DNA of 64,000 bases from the human T2T-CHM13v2.0 reference genome, Homo sapiens, in NCBI RefSeq assembly GCF_009914755.1, contig NC_060947.1. One strand, 5' to 3'. Within the stretch, counting starts at the first letter, position 1; every line of letters starts with the position of its first letter. Both the position numbers and the translations under genes were made by a program. Below are positions 35,699 through 48,420 of the stretch, one piece after another. The notes under the pieces are model-generated. The model saw nothing but the letters and a program-made list of their open reading frames with translations. It did not search any database and was not told the origin of the DNA.

Positions 35699-36559
35699 CA
35701 TCATTCTGACTTTAGCAGGGCAATCCTCACAAATGCCATAAACATTCTTCTCTTCACTCAGGGTTCAGTGGAAAGGACCCTAATAATAGTAGGAAAACTA
35801 GTAATAGCTGCCATTTACTGAGAGCTCACTGTGATCACAGAAGTATAATCATTAAGTCTTTATTTTTTTTAGTAACAGCTTTATTGAGATATAATTTGCA
35901 TACCAAACAGTTCACCCATTTAAAGTATACAATTCAATGGTATTTAGTATATTCACAGTTATACAGCCATGACAATCAATTTTAGGACATTTTCATTAAC
36001 TCCAAAGAAACCCTGTACCTTTGGTTATCACCTCTCAATACCCCCAACCTGCCCAGCTTTGGGCAACCACTAATCTTACTTTCTATATAGATTTCCCTAT
36101 TCTGGATGTTTCATATAAATGGAATTAGACAATGTGTGGTCTTTTGTGTCTAGCTTCTTTCACTTAGCATGTTTTTGAGGTTATCCGTGTCATAGCAGGT
36201 TGTCAGTACTTCATTTCTTTTTATTGCCAAGTAATATTTCATTGCATATATACAACACATTTGGTTTACCCATCTATCAGTTGATAGATATTTGCATTGT
36301 TTCTACCTTTTGGTTATTGTGAATAGTGCTGCTATTGAATATTTGTGTATACCTTTTTGTTTGAAAACTTGTTTTCAATTCTTTTGTGTATATACTTAGG
36401 AGTGTGGTTGCTGGGTCATATGGTAATTCTGTGCTCCATGTATTGAGGAACTGCCAAGCTGTATTCCATAGTGGCTACGCCATTTTACATTTCCTCCAGC
36501 AGTGTATTTACTGGAGGAAATGTAAAATGGTATAGCCACTGTGGAATGGTGGCAGTGTT

Positions 36560-36864
36560 GTGTTTTTGTTTTTGTTTTTCCTTGAGACAGAGTCTCACTC
36601 TGTCACCCAGGCTAGAAGGAAATGGTGCAATCTTGGCTCACTGCAAACTCTGCCTCCTGGATTCCAGTGGTTCTCGTGCCTCAGCCTCCTGAGTAGCTGG
36701 GATTACAGGTGCCCACAACCACCTCCGGCTAATTTTTATATTTTTAGTGGAGATGGGGTTTTGCCACATTGGCCAGGCTGGTCTCAAACTCCTGACCTCA
36801 GGTGATCTGCCTGCCTCGGCCTCCCAAAGTGCTGGGATTACAGGAGTGAGCCACCATGCCCAGC
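36560..36864 (-). mobile_element. AluS element
   Basis: Reverse Alu with TSD tggcagtgtt at 36550-36559 and 36865-36874. Confidence 0.92.
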
Positions 36865-37776
36865 TGGCAGTGTTTTTTTTTTTTTTAAACACCCATCATG
36901 GTGGGTGTGAAGTGGTATCTCATTGTGGTTTTTAGGTTTGCATTTCTCTGACTAATGATGTTGAGCATCATTTATGTACTTATTGGCTATTTGGTACTTC
37001 TTTGGAGGAATGTCTGTTTGGATCTTTTGCCCATTTTTTTATGCTTTTATTTCTTAATTTTTTAATTTTATTTTTAATTGACATATAATAATCGTAAATA
37101 ATTGTTGGTCTTTGTATTGTTGAGTTGTAAGAGTTCTTTATATATTTTAGATACAAGTCCCTGATCAGATACGAGTTGCAAATATTTTCATCCATTTTTT
37201 GGGTTATCTTTTCACTTTGTTGATGATGTCCTTTGAAGTACAGAAATTTTTAATTCTGAAGAAGTCTAATTTGTTTTTTCTTTTGTTGTTTATGATTTTG
37301 ATGTCATGCCTAAGAAACCACTGCCAAATCCCAGGTTAAGAAAATTTACACCTGTTTTCTTCTAAGAATTTTAAAGTTTTAGCTCTTAACTTAGGGTTTT
37401 GATCTATTTTCAGTTAATTTTTATTGGTGGTGTGTATTAGGAGCCTTAACTTCATTGTTTTGAGTGTGGATGTCCAGTTTTTCCAGCACTATTTGTTGAG
37501 AAAACTAACCTTTCTTAATTGTCTTGGCACCCTTCTTGGAAATCAGTTGACCATAAATGTGTTTATATATGGACTCTCAATTTTATTCCATTTATCTGTA
37601 TGTCTCTCATTAACTATCATTATGCCAGTACCATATTGTCTTGATTATTGCAGCTTCATGTTGTGTTTTGAAATTGGGAAGTGTGACTCCTCCAAATTTT
37701 GTTCTTCTTTTTCAAGATTGTTTTGACTATTTTGGGTTCCTTGCAATTCTATATAAATTTTAGAATCAGCTTGTCA

Positions 37777-39083
37777 CAACTATCTGATCTTTGACAAACC
37801 TGACAAAAACAAGAAATGGGGAAATGATTCCCTATTTAATAAATGGTGCTGGGAAAACTGGCTAGCCATATGTAGAAAGCTGAAACTGGATCCCTTCCTT
37901 ACACCTTATACAAAAATTAATTCAAGATGGATTAAAGACTTAAATGTTAGACCTGAAACCATACAAATCCTAGAAGAAAACCTAGGCAGTACCATTCAGG
38001 ACATAGGCATGGGCAAGGACTTCATGTCTAAAACACCAAAAGCAATGGCAACCAAAGCCAAAATTGACAAATGGGATCTAATTAAACTAAAAGAGCTCCT
38101 GCACAGCAAAAGAAACTACCGTCAGAGTGAACAGGCAACCTAGAGAATGGGAGAAAATTTTTGCAATCTACTCATCTGACAAAGGGCTAATATCCAGAAT
38201 CTACAATGAACTCAAACAAATTTACAAGAAAAAAACAAACAACCCCATCAACAAGTAGGCGAAGGATATGAACAGACACTTCTCAAAAGAAGACATTTAT
38301 GCAGCCAAAAGACACATGAAAAAATGCTCATTATCACTGGCCATCAGAGAAATGCAAATCAAAACCATAATGAGATACCATCTCACACCAGTTAGAATGG
38401 CGATCATTAAAAAGTCAGGAAACAACAGGTGCTGGAGAGGATGTGGAGAAATAGGAACACTTTTACACTGTTGGTGGGACTGGAAACTAGTTCAACCCTT
38501 GTGGAAGTCAGTGTGGCGATTCCTCAGGGATCTAGAACTAGAAATACCATTTGACCCAGCCATCCCATTACTGGGTATATACCCAAAGGATTAGAAATCA
38601 TGCTGCTATAAAGACACATGCACATATATATTTATTGCAGCACTATTCACAATAGCAAAGACTTGGAACCAACCCAAGTGTCCAACAATGATAGACTGGA
38701 TTAAGAAAATGTGGCATATATACACCATGGAATACTATGCAGCCATAAAAAATGATGAGTTCATGTCCTTTGTAGGGACATGGATGAAGCTGGAAACCAC
38801 TGTTCTCAGCAAACTATCGCAAGGACAAGAAACCAAACACCGCATGTTCTCACTCATAGGTGGGAATTGAACAATGAAAACACATGGACACAGGAAGGGG
38901 AACATCACACACCGGGGACTGTTGTGGGGTCGGGGAAGAGGGGAGGGATAGCATTAGGAGATATACCTAATGTTAAATGACGAGTTAATGGGTGCAGCAC
39001 ACCAACATGGCACATGTGTACATACGTAACTCACCTGCACGTTCTGCACATGTACCCTAAAACTTAAAGTATATTAAAAAAAA
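37777..39083 (+). mobile_element. 5'-truncated L1PA (1.3 kb), sense to CCNB3
   Basis: ORF2 C-terminus ([14 protein letters not shown]..), 3'UTR and poly-A. TSD agaatcagcttgtca at 37762-37776 and 39084-39098. Confidence 0.95.
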
Positions 39084-39177
39084 AGAATCAGCTTGTCAAT
39101 TTCTACAAACAAGCTAGCTGGGATTCTTGTACAAATTGCCTTGGATCTGTGGATCAACTTGGGAAGTATTGATATGG

Positions 39178-39504
39178 GTTTTTTTTTCTTTCTTTCTTTT
39201 TTTTTTTTTTTTTTTGACGGAGTCTTGCTCTGCCACCGAGGCTGGAGTGTGGTGGTGCAATCTTGGCTCACTCTAACCTCCACCTCCCAGGTTCAAGTGA
39301 TTCTCATGCCTCAGCCTTCCTGAGTAGCTGGGATTACAGGTGTGTGGCCACCACACCAGCTTTTTTTTTTTTTTTTTCGTATTTTTGTAGAGACATGGTT
39401 TCACTATGTTGGGCAGGCTGGTCTCGAACTCCTGACCTGAAGTGATCTGCCTGCCTCGACTCCCAAAGTACTGGGATTACAGGCTTGAGCTACTGTGCCC
39501 AGCC
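39178..39504 (-). mobile_element. AluS element
   Basis: Canonical reverse Alu. Confidence 0.9.
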
Positions 39505-41923
39505 TGACATCTTAACAATATTAAGTTTTCTAATTCATGAATATGGATGTCTATCTATTTAGATATTTAGTTTTTTGAATGGTTTTTTACAGTTTCCAGA
39601 GTATAAGTTTTATGTTTGTTAAATTTATTTCTAAGCATTTTCTTCTTCTTGATACTATTGTAAATGGAATTGTTTACTTAATTTCATTTTCAGATTATTC
39701 ATTGCAAGTATACAGAAAGACATTTGATTTTTGTATATTGATTTTGTGTCCTGGAATCTTGCTGAAGTTGTTCGTTCTAATAGTTTTCTGTGTGTATTCC
39801 TTAGGATTTTCTCTATATAAGATCATGTCATCTGTGAATACAGATATTTTTACTTTTCCAAACTGGATGACTTTTATTTAGTTTTCTTGCCTACTTGCCC
39901 TAGCTACAACCTCTAGTATAATGTTGAATAGAAGTATCAAGAGTTGGACATTCTTGTTTTCTCCCTGATCTTAGGGGGAAAGTATCAGTCTTTCACCATC
40001 AAGTACGATGTTTGCTTTGGGTTTTTTTGTAGATGCCCTTTATCAGGTTGAGGAACCTCCTTTCTATTCCTTGTTTGTTAAGTGCTTTTTATCATGAAAG
40101 AGGGTTAGATTTAGTCAAATGATTTTCCTGGATCTTTTGAGATGATCATGTCGTTTTTGTTTTCTATTCTATTAATGTGATGTAGTATGCAAATTGAATT
40201 TTGAGTGTTAAATTAATTTTGCATTCCTGGTATAAATTCCACTTGTTTATGGTGTATAATCCTTTTATATGTTGCTGGATTTGGTTTGCAGTATTTGGCT
40301 GAGGATTTTTGCATCTATATTCATAAGAGGTATTGGTCTGTAGTTTTCTAGTGGTGTCTGTCTGTTTTCGTTATCAGAGTAATACTGACCTCATATAATG
40401 AGTTAGAAACTTCACATTTTTTGTGTTTCTTTGAAGAGTTAATGAAGAACTGGTATTAATTATTGTTTAAATGTTTGGATGGAATTGAAGCCATTTGGGC
40501 CTGGACTTTACTTTGTGAGTAGTTTTTGATTATTGATTTGATATCTTGTTATAGGTCTATTCAGATTTTCTGTTTTCTTCTTGAGTCAGTTTTGGTAGTT
40601 TGTGTCTTCCTAGGAATTTGTCCATTTCATCTCAATTATCTAATTTATTGACATTCAATTGTTCATAACGTGCCTTTAAGTGTTTTTGAGCATACTAATT
40701 TGTTGAATCTTCACAATAAGCCTATGAAGGAGATATTATGATCCTCATTTTATAGGTGAAAAAAACTGAAGCACAGAGAGTTAACTTGCCCAAGGTCACC
40801 CAGTCAGTAAGTTGGAGGAGCCAGGATTTGAATCCAGGCAGTCTAGCTCCAGAATGCATGTTCTTACCATAGCTAGACTATCTAAAGATCTTCTCTAAAA
40901 GTTATCAGGAGGGACCTGGAATCTATCTGGTCAAGCAGAACCTTTTGAAGCACTTTTTTTTTCTTAACAAATCAGTGGTTTTTCATTCTATTCCTGGATT
41001 TGTACAGCTATCACCACTATCTAATTTTAGAACTTTTTCAATACCCCCCGTCCACTAAATCCATACCTATTAGGAGTTCTTTTCCCTTCCTAATCCCCCT
41101 TTCTACTCCTACCCCTGTCCCAGCCTCAGGAAACCACTAGTCTACTTTCTGCTGTGGATATACCTCTATGGGTATGTCCATTTTGCATATTTCATATTGA
41201 ACTAAATCATATGATATCTGGTCTTTAGAAGGTATTTACTCCTGCTCAGATTGGTGATTATATCTGCCTGAAATTCTCTCTCTTCTTATTCTGAACTTTA
41301 GTCTTTCTGTGATTTTGTCTCACTAGATTCATCACTCTAATTGAATATACAATCCTATTCAAAACAAAGCTTTGCATCTGGCACATGTGACAAGTTTCTA
41401 TTTTGAGCTTTTTATTACCTCCATTGGGAAAACATCTCCTTAATAGTCCAGGGTGAGGGGAATGTAGTTAGATTCTACCAAAGTTAATTACCAGCCCATC
41501 TCTCTCATTAGCCTTCAAACAATGTTAATTTCAACCTGAAGTTTACCAGCTGCCTTGGGTTGATAGACAAAGACAAATGCAGCTAGTGAAGGAGACTGAT
41601 GTATGAACAAGTAACTCATACAATGTGATAAGTATTATAAAAGCCTTTGTATATAAGGTAATGAAGCATATATAAGAAAGCATAACATGAATTTCTATGG
41701 AAAAATTATAGAAAAGTGTAGGTATCTAGGCCATAGAAACTATACAGTGTACTACTTAAGTTGATTGACCATGGTACCTACTGATTTTGTCCCTCTAATC
41801 TGTCTTATGGGGTTGAAGCCCCTTCCCCTTTCATACCTTTAGTAAATATAGCAACAAAAGGAAATGGTAGGTGAGGATTCTAGGAACTACATTTTTCTTA
41901 CCCAGACATTGTTTCCTTCACAG

Positions 41924-44915
41924 GCATAAGCTGGAAGTCACACCAGTAGTAGCCTCTACTACCGTGGTACCAAACATTATGGAGAAACCACTCATTCTAG
42001 ACATATCCACCACCTCCAAAACACCCAACACTGAGGAGGCATCTCTCTTCAGAAAGCCATTAGTTTTAAAGGAGGAACCCACTATTGAGGATGAAACCCT
42101 TATCAATAAGTCATTATCTTTAAAAAAGTGCTCAAATCATGAGGAGGTGTCCTTACTGGAAAAGCTACAGCCCCTGCAGGAGGAGAGTGACAGTGATGAT
42201 GCGTTTGTTATAGAGCCAATGACTTTTAAGAAGACACATAAAACTGAGGAGGCAGCCATCACCAAGAAGACATTATCCTTAAAGAAGAAGATGTGTGCAA
42301 GTCAGCGGAAGCAGTCCTGCCAGGAAGAGTCGTTGGCTGTGCAGGATGTCAATATGGAAGAGGATTCCTTCTTTATGGAGTCAATGAGTTTTAAGAAGAA
42401 GCCTAAAACTGAGGAGTCAATCCCCACCCATAAGTTATCATCTTTAAAGAAGAAATGTACCATTTATGGGAAGATATGCCACTTTAGGAAGCCACCAGTA
42501 TTGCAGACAACCATCTGTGGAGCAATGTCCTCCATTAAGAAGCCTACCACTGAGAAGGAGACACTTTTCCAAGAGCTATCTGTATTGCAAGAGAAACACA
42601 CCACTGAGCATGAGATGTCCATCTTGAAGAAATCATTGGCCTTGCAGAAGACCAACTTTAAAGAGGATTCCCTTGTTAAGGAGTCGTTAGCCTTTAAGAA
42701 GAAGCCTAGCACTGAGGAGGCAATCATGATGCCAGTAATATTGAAGGAGCAGTGCATGACTGAGGGGAAGAGGTCCCGTCTGAAGCCATTAGTATTGCAG
42801 GAGATCACCTCTGGAGAGAAGTCGCTCATTATGAAGCCATTGTCCATTAAAGAAAAGCCATCTACTGAGAAGGAGTCCTTTTCCCAGGAACCATCTGCAT
42901 TGCAAAAGAAGCACACCACTCAGGAGGAGGTTTCCATCTTAAAGGAGCCCTCGTCCTTGCTAAAGTCTCCAACTGAGGAGTCACCTTTTGATGAGGCTTT
43001 GGCTTTTACAAAGAAGTGTACCATTGAGGAGGCACCCCCCACCAAGAAGCCTTTAATTTTAAAGAGGAAGCATGCCACTCAGGGGACAATGTCCCACTTG
43101 AAGAAACCACTAATATTACAGACCACCTCTGGAGAAAAGTCACTTATTAAGGAGCCACTGCCCTTTAAAGAAGAAAAAGTGTCTTTAAAGAAAAAGTGTA
43201 CCACACAAGAGATGATGTCCATCTGTCCAGAACTGTTGGACTTTCAGGATATGATTGGTGAAGATAAGAATTCTTTCTTTATGGAGCCAATGTCATTTAG
43301 GAAGAACCCTACAACTGAGGAGACAGTACTTACCAAGACATCGTTGTCTTTACAGGAAAAGAAAATTACTCAGGGGAAGATGTCCCACTTAAAGAAGCCA
43401 CTGGTCTTGCAGAAGATCACTTCTGAGGAGGAGTCATTCTATAAGAAGCTGTTGCCCTTTAAGATGAAATCTACAACGGAAGAAAAGTTCCTCTCCCAGG
43501 AACCATCTGCATTGAAAGAGAAGCATACCACCTTGCAGGAAGTGTCCCTCTCAAAAGAGTCATTGGCCATCCAAGAGAAGGCTACCACTGAGGAGGAATT
43601 CTCTCAGGAACTATTTTCATTGCATGTTAAGCATACCAACAAAAGTGGGTCCCTCTTCCAGGAGGCTTTGGTCTTGCAAGAGAAGACTGATGCCGAAGAG
43701 GATTCCTTGAAGAACTTGTTGGCTTTGCAGGAGAAAAGCACCATGGAAGAAGAGTCCCTTATCAATAAGCTATTGGCTCTGAAGGAGGAGCTTTCTGCTG
43801 AGGCAGCCACAAACATACAGACACAATTATCTTTAAAGAAGAAGTCCACTTCTCATGGAAAAGTGTTCTTCCTGAAGAAGCAGTTGGCTTTGAATGAGAC
43901 CATCAATGAAGAGGAGTTCCTTAATAAGCAGCCACTGGCCTTGGAGGGGTATCCCAGCATTGCGGAGGGGGAGACCCTCTTCAAGAAGCTTTTGGCCATG
44001 CAGGAGGAGCCCAGCATTGAGAAGGAAGCTGTCCTCAAGGAGCCCACTATTGACACAGAAGCTCACTTTAAGGAACCTTTGGCCTTGCAGGAGGAGCCCA
44101 GCACTGAGAAGGAGGCTGTCCTCAAGGAGCCCAGTGTTGACACAGAAGCTCACTTTAAGGAAACTTTGGCCTTGCAGGAGAAGCCCAGCATTGAGCAGGA
44201 GGCCCTCTTTAAGCGACACTCAGCTTTGTGGGAGAAGCCCAGCACTGAGAAGGAGACCATCTTCAAGGAGTCTTTGGACTTGCAAGAGAAGCCCAGCATT
44301 AAGAAAGAGACCCTCCTCAAAAAGCCATTAGCCTTGAAGATGTCTACCATCAATGAGGCAGTCCTCTTCGAAGATATGATAGCTCTGAATGAGAAACCCA
44401 CCACTGGGAAGGAGTTGTCCTTCAAGGAGCCATTAGCCTTACAAGAGAGTCCCACCTACAAGGAAGACACCTTTCTCAAAACATTGTTGGTCCCCCAAGT
44501 TGGAACCAGCCCAAATGTGTCTAGCACTGCCCCTGAATCCATAACCAGCAAGTCCAGCATTGCTACCATGACCAGTGTGGGCAAATCTGGTACCATCAAT
44601 GAGGCATTCCTCTTCGAAGATATGATAACTCTGAATGAGAAACCCACCACTGGGAAGGAGTTGTCCTTCAAGGAGCCATTGGCCTTACAAGAGAGTCCCA
44701 CCTGCAAGGAAGACACCTTTCTGGAAACATTCTTGATCCCCCAAATTGGAACCAGCCCATATGTGTTTAGCACCACCCCTGAATCCATAACAGAGAAGTC
44801 CAGCATTGCAACCATGACCAGCGTGGGCAAGTCCAGGACCACCACCGAGTCCAGTGCATGTGAATCTGCTTCTGATAAACCTGTCTCACCACAGGCCAAG
44901 GGAACACCAAAGGAG
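41924..44915 (+). CDS. CCNB3: Cyclin B3 giant coding exon 4 (2992 nt; usually numbered exon 5); Lys/Glu/Ser/Thr-rich degenerate repeats
   Basis: Lies within the 1022-aa ORF 41871..44939. Acceptor 'tttccttcacag|G' completes TG+G=Trp; donor GAG|GTATTC; phase 2/0 fits both neighbouring exons. Confidence 0.97.
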
Positions 44916-45955
44916 GTATTCATCTCCCTTTCTTCTTAAATTAGATAAATTGTTCTTTGATATCCTGGAGGTGGCTGCTAGCAAAGTTGTTTTTTTTTTT
45001 TTGTTTTTGTTTTTTGTTGTTGTTGTTGTTTTTTTGCCTTCCTAAGCAGTTGAGCCATATATAGTAAGTTATTGAGAGTATCCCTCTACCTAGTGAGAGG
45101 GTGATATTTCTTAGGTTTACTTCTGGTTTTATTTAATGATAGGTGATGCAGAATCATCTCTTCTCACCTTTTGTAGCCTGAGGTTACCCATGATTTGGGA
45201 TACATTTCCCAGGTTCTTTGGCATTTTTCTCTTAAGTTGGCCTTGTACAATCTCTTGACTTCCTGATTGGCACAGTGATAGATCTAAGCAATCAGAAAGT
45301 ATTTATTCCAGTAATACCCACAAGAGTCTGGACTACTGTGCTATATACTTGGGCTTTGCAATAGTGGCCAGGTAATTTCATTCAGGAAATTGCCTTTCTT
45401 AGTAATTGTAATTTGCATCACGGTGGGCTTTGGTAAAAAATGGGCAAAGTTCATAGGAGCATCTCCCAAGGAAGGTGGTCTTTACGTTGTAAATTTGAAT
45501 AATGAAGGGATGATATTTAGCAAGCAGGAGGAGAAATGTCCTTTTTGTAGCAAAACATCCTGGGTAAAGGTATAGAAAGGAGGAAAAGACTACCAAGATG
45601 AATTGGGCCAGATCAAAGCATTGACATAATTAGGGACCTAAGAAGACAGGTAACAAAGCTGAAATAATAAAATAAGAATGTCCGTCTTGGAGAATCTTCA
45701 GCTTACCCATAAAAAGGGTCCCTTGTTCCTAGGGCAGCGAAGGTATATACAATGAAGTCTAGGCATTTCTTGATCCCTGGACCATATGAGGATTGCACAG
45801 CCAAGGAGTACTGTGTTATGGCCCAACATATACAAGGCTTGAGACACCTTAGCAGAAGAAGACAGTGGGGAGAAAGGAGTAATCATTGATATGTATGTGC
45901 TAAGTCTTCCTTGGAATAATTCTCATAATATGTCTTTTTGGTGATTTCTAAGCAG

Positions 45956-46051
45956 ATAACCCCACGGGAAGATATTGATGAGGACAGCAGTGATCCAAGT
46001 TTCAACCCAATGTATGCCAAGGAAATCTTCAGTTACATGAAAGAGAGAGAG
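45956..46051 (+). CDS. CCNB3: Cyclin B3 coding exon 5 (ITPREDIDEDSSDPSFNPMYAKEIFSYMKERE)
   Basis: 'ttctaagcag|' acceptor and GAG|GTATTT donor. Encodes the B-type cyclin pre-box motif DID..DP...Y..EIF.Y..ERE. Confidence 0.95.
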
Positions 46052-46809
46052 GTATTTAGGTTGCTTGGGTTGGGCAATGATTTCTAGTTTTCATTTCTTC
46101 ATCATTCCATCCTTCAGTGTGCAAGTTGAAAGGGGTGGTAATAATGATGATAAAAATAATAATAGCAACAACTAACATATTGGTAGCTTACTGTGAGTCG
46201 GACATTGTACTAACAGATTTGTAGATATTATCTTAATTCTCTCAGTAACTTCATGATGGTAGGTATTATTATCTCCCTCTTACAGATAGAGGAAACTGCC
46301 CAGAGTCATGTAAGTGGTACATGGTAGAGCTGAGATATGAACTAAAGTCTGATTGCCTTGAAGACCATAATCCTGTACATCTAATTGCTAAGAAGACAGT
46401 CTTAGACACAAAAATGGTCAAGTAGTCTCTGAGTGGCTGTTCTTAGAGATCTTTTTCCTTCCCTGTGCATGTTTCTGGCATTGTAGGCAAAATCGTATTC
46501 TTTGTTTCATCTCTCCAACCTGGTGAAGTTTTCTTTCTCCTTTGAAATCTGCCAGTCTCCTTTACCACTAATATTCATCAATTCCAAAGTTTCTTCTAAC
46601 TCTCTCAACAGAACAGATGGGACCAAGATTATCTACCAAGCAGAATTTTTAGCAGGTCATGTATAAGAGGGTGGGAGGATGGAAACCCACCTACAGATCC
46701 ACCTATCCTCTTTATAGAGAGAGTGCAATTGATTAACTGATTCCAAAGCCCACACTTTTTCTGGCATACCTAAGTAAGGGACATCTTTGTTATAATAAAA
46801 GTGTGAGCC

Positions 46810-46952
46810 TTGGTTCAGCAGTATCAGTTTCACTTGAGATTTTGTTAGAAATGCAGAAACCTAGCCCCATCCCAGACCTTCTAAATCAGAATCTGAAGTT
46901 TTACATGATCCCCAAGTAGTGCATATGTATGTTAAAGTTTGAGAAGCACTGC
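46810..46952. mobile_element. MER5A-like relic
   Basis: 'ttgttagaaatgcagaa..ccccatcccagacc..aatcagaatctg..aagtttgagaagcactgct'. Confidence 0.7.
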
Positions 46953-47274
46953 TCTACATAGCATGGTATTGTGCTTTAGATTGAATTGCAAAGAAAGGGC
47001 AGAACCTTTTTGGCATTTGTCTACAGCTGTAGGTGTGTTTCTGCCCTTATTTCCCCCTGGATTCTTCAATATCCACTCTGACACTTGAATATCACGTGTC
47101 TATTTCCCAAAGCATAACTGCAACTTGCCTGGAAAAGGATACTTTGATCTGCCCCTCTCTAATACCAGTTGAAAACAAGGAGTTAGAACTATGAGGGAGA
47201 AGTTAATTGTTAAGTTACAATGTTGAACTATAAGAAGAGTTTATTTATTAACATTTCTTTCTCATCAATGCCAG

Positions 47275-47367
47275 GAACAGTTTATACTTACAGATTACAT
47301 GAACAGGCAGATTGAAATCACCAGTGACATGAGGGCCATTCTTGTGGACTGGTTGGTGGAGGTGCAG
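47275..47367 (+). CDS. CCNB3: Cyclin B3 coding exon 6, start of the cyclin box (EQFILTDYMNRQIEITSDMRAILVDWLVEVQ); gene continues beyond the window
   Basis: 'atgccag|' acceptor and CAG|GTAAGC donor; carries the MRAILVDWL cyclin signature. Confidence 0.97.
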
Positions 47368-47999
47368 GTAAGCCTGACAACTCCTGCCTTAAGGAGCTGC
47401 TGTTCTCTTTCTCATTCAGGGCTGCCAGGCCAAAAACATGGTAAAAATGTACTGGGTCTATAGAGTTGAATAAGCTGTGGTTCCTGCCCTCAAGGAGCTC
47501 ATGATTTAGGAGGCAAGATAAGATATGCAGACAAATAAGTGTAATACAAAGTAGAATATACTAAGTGCTCTAAGAATGTTTCAAATAAGATACTGTGAGA
47601 ACTAATTGAAAGGAGAGACTCTTTCTAGAAAAGGCAGTGACGGTATGGTCGTTTTATCATTCTTAAAGTCTTGTAAAAGTATATCTAGTGATTTGGACTG
47701 GGGTCGATGACAAAGTCTTTCAAACTTTGAGTGGAATGGATAATAGGAAGGACAGTGTGGCACAGGACATGGCAGGTAGCTGTTTGTCCAAGGTGAGATA
47801 TTGAGGGAATACTGCTATGAATACTTAATTATTATTTTATACTAAGATAGGAGAGCCCAGAGTAGTACATAGCATATAGTAGGGGGTCAGTAAGTATTTG
47901 TTGAATGAATGGAATTGAAAGAATTGCTATGGAGTTTGCAAGGAAACATACAGCATGGTCAGTCTACGCTCAGCAGTCTTAGTATGTAATTAGGAAGAA

Positions 48000-48420
48000 A
48001 AGACAATATAGTTTTATATCCTTTGTTAAGTATCAGAGGAGTGGTTCAGGCTCATTTTGGGGTGACAGACCAAGGAATTGTGGTAGACACAGTATATCTG
48101 AGCATCAGCAAAACATGAAAATGTCTCTCATCTTATGAAAATGGTAGAGAACAGTAAATCAGGTAAGAGTAAAATTTGGGTAGATCTTAAATAAGTGAAA
48201 CAGAACCCAAAGATTGCTTATCATTGCCAAGCTGGAAAGAAATTTCTAGTGACTGCCATTGGACTTTGTTCTGCTTAACATTCTCATTAGTAATGTAAAT
48301 GAGAACAGAGAAGATGTATTCATTAAATTCCTGGATGGCAGGAAACTAGGAGTAGGGATAGGAAATAAATGGCTTACAGAGAAAAAATATCTCTGCCAGC
48401 TGGAATGATGAACTAAATAT
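48000..48420. mobile_element. Possible L3/CR1 fragment
   Basis: 'gtggtagacacagtatatctgagcatcagcaaaac..gtctctca' resembles CR1 RT-region DNA. Confidence 0.4.

Larger units (their letters stand above)
35870..40660 (-). mobile_element. Old L1M element, interrupted by two Alus and a young L1
   Basis: 'aacagctttattgagatataatttgcatacca' L1M 3' end, followed by degenerate ORF2 reverse complement. Confidence 0.75.

Noticed and set aside
41871-41923. N-terminal 'MRILGTTFFLPRHCFLHR' of the 1022-aa ORF
   Set aside because: It starts at a GTG in the intron and runs through the polypyrimidine tract. The real exon begins at 41924.
41918-44923. Antisense and alternate-frame ORFs over the giant exon
   Set aside because: These are codon-bias shadows of the CCNB3 frame with no independent support.
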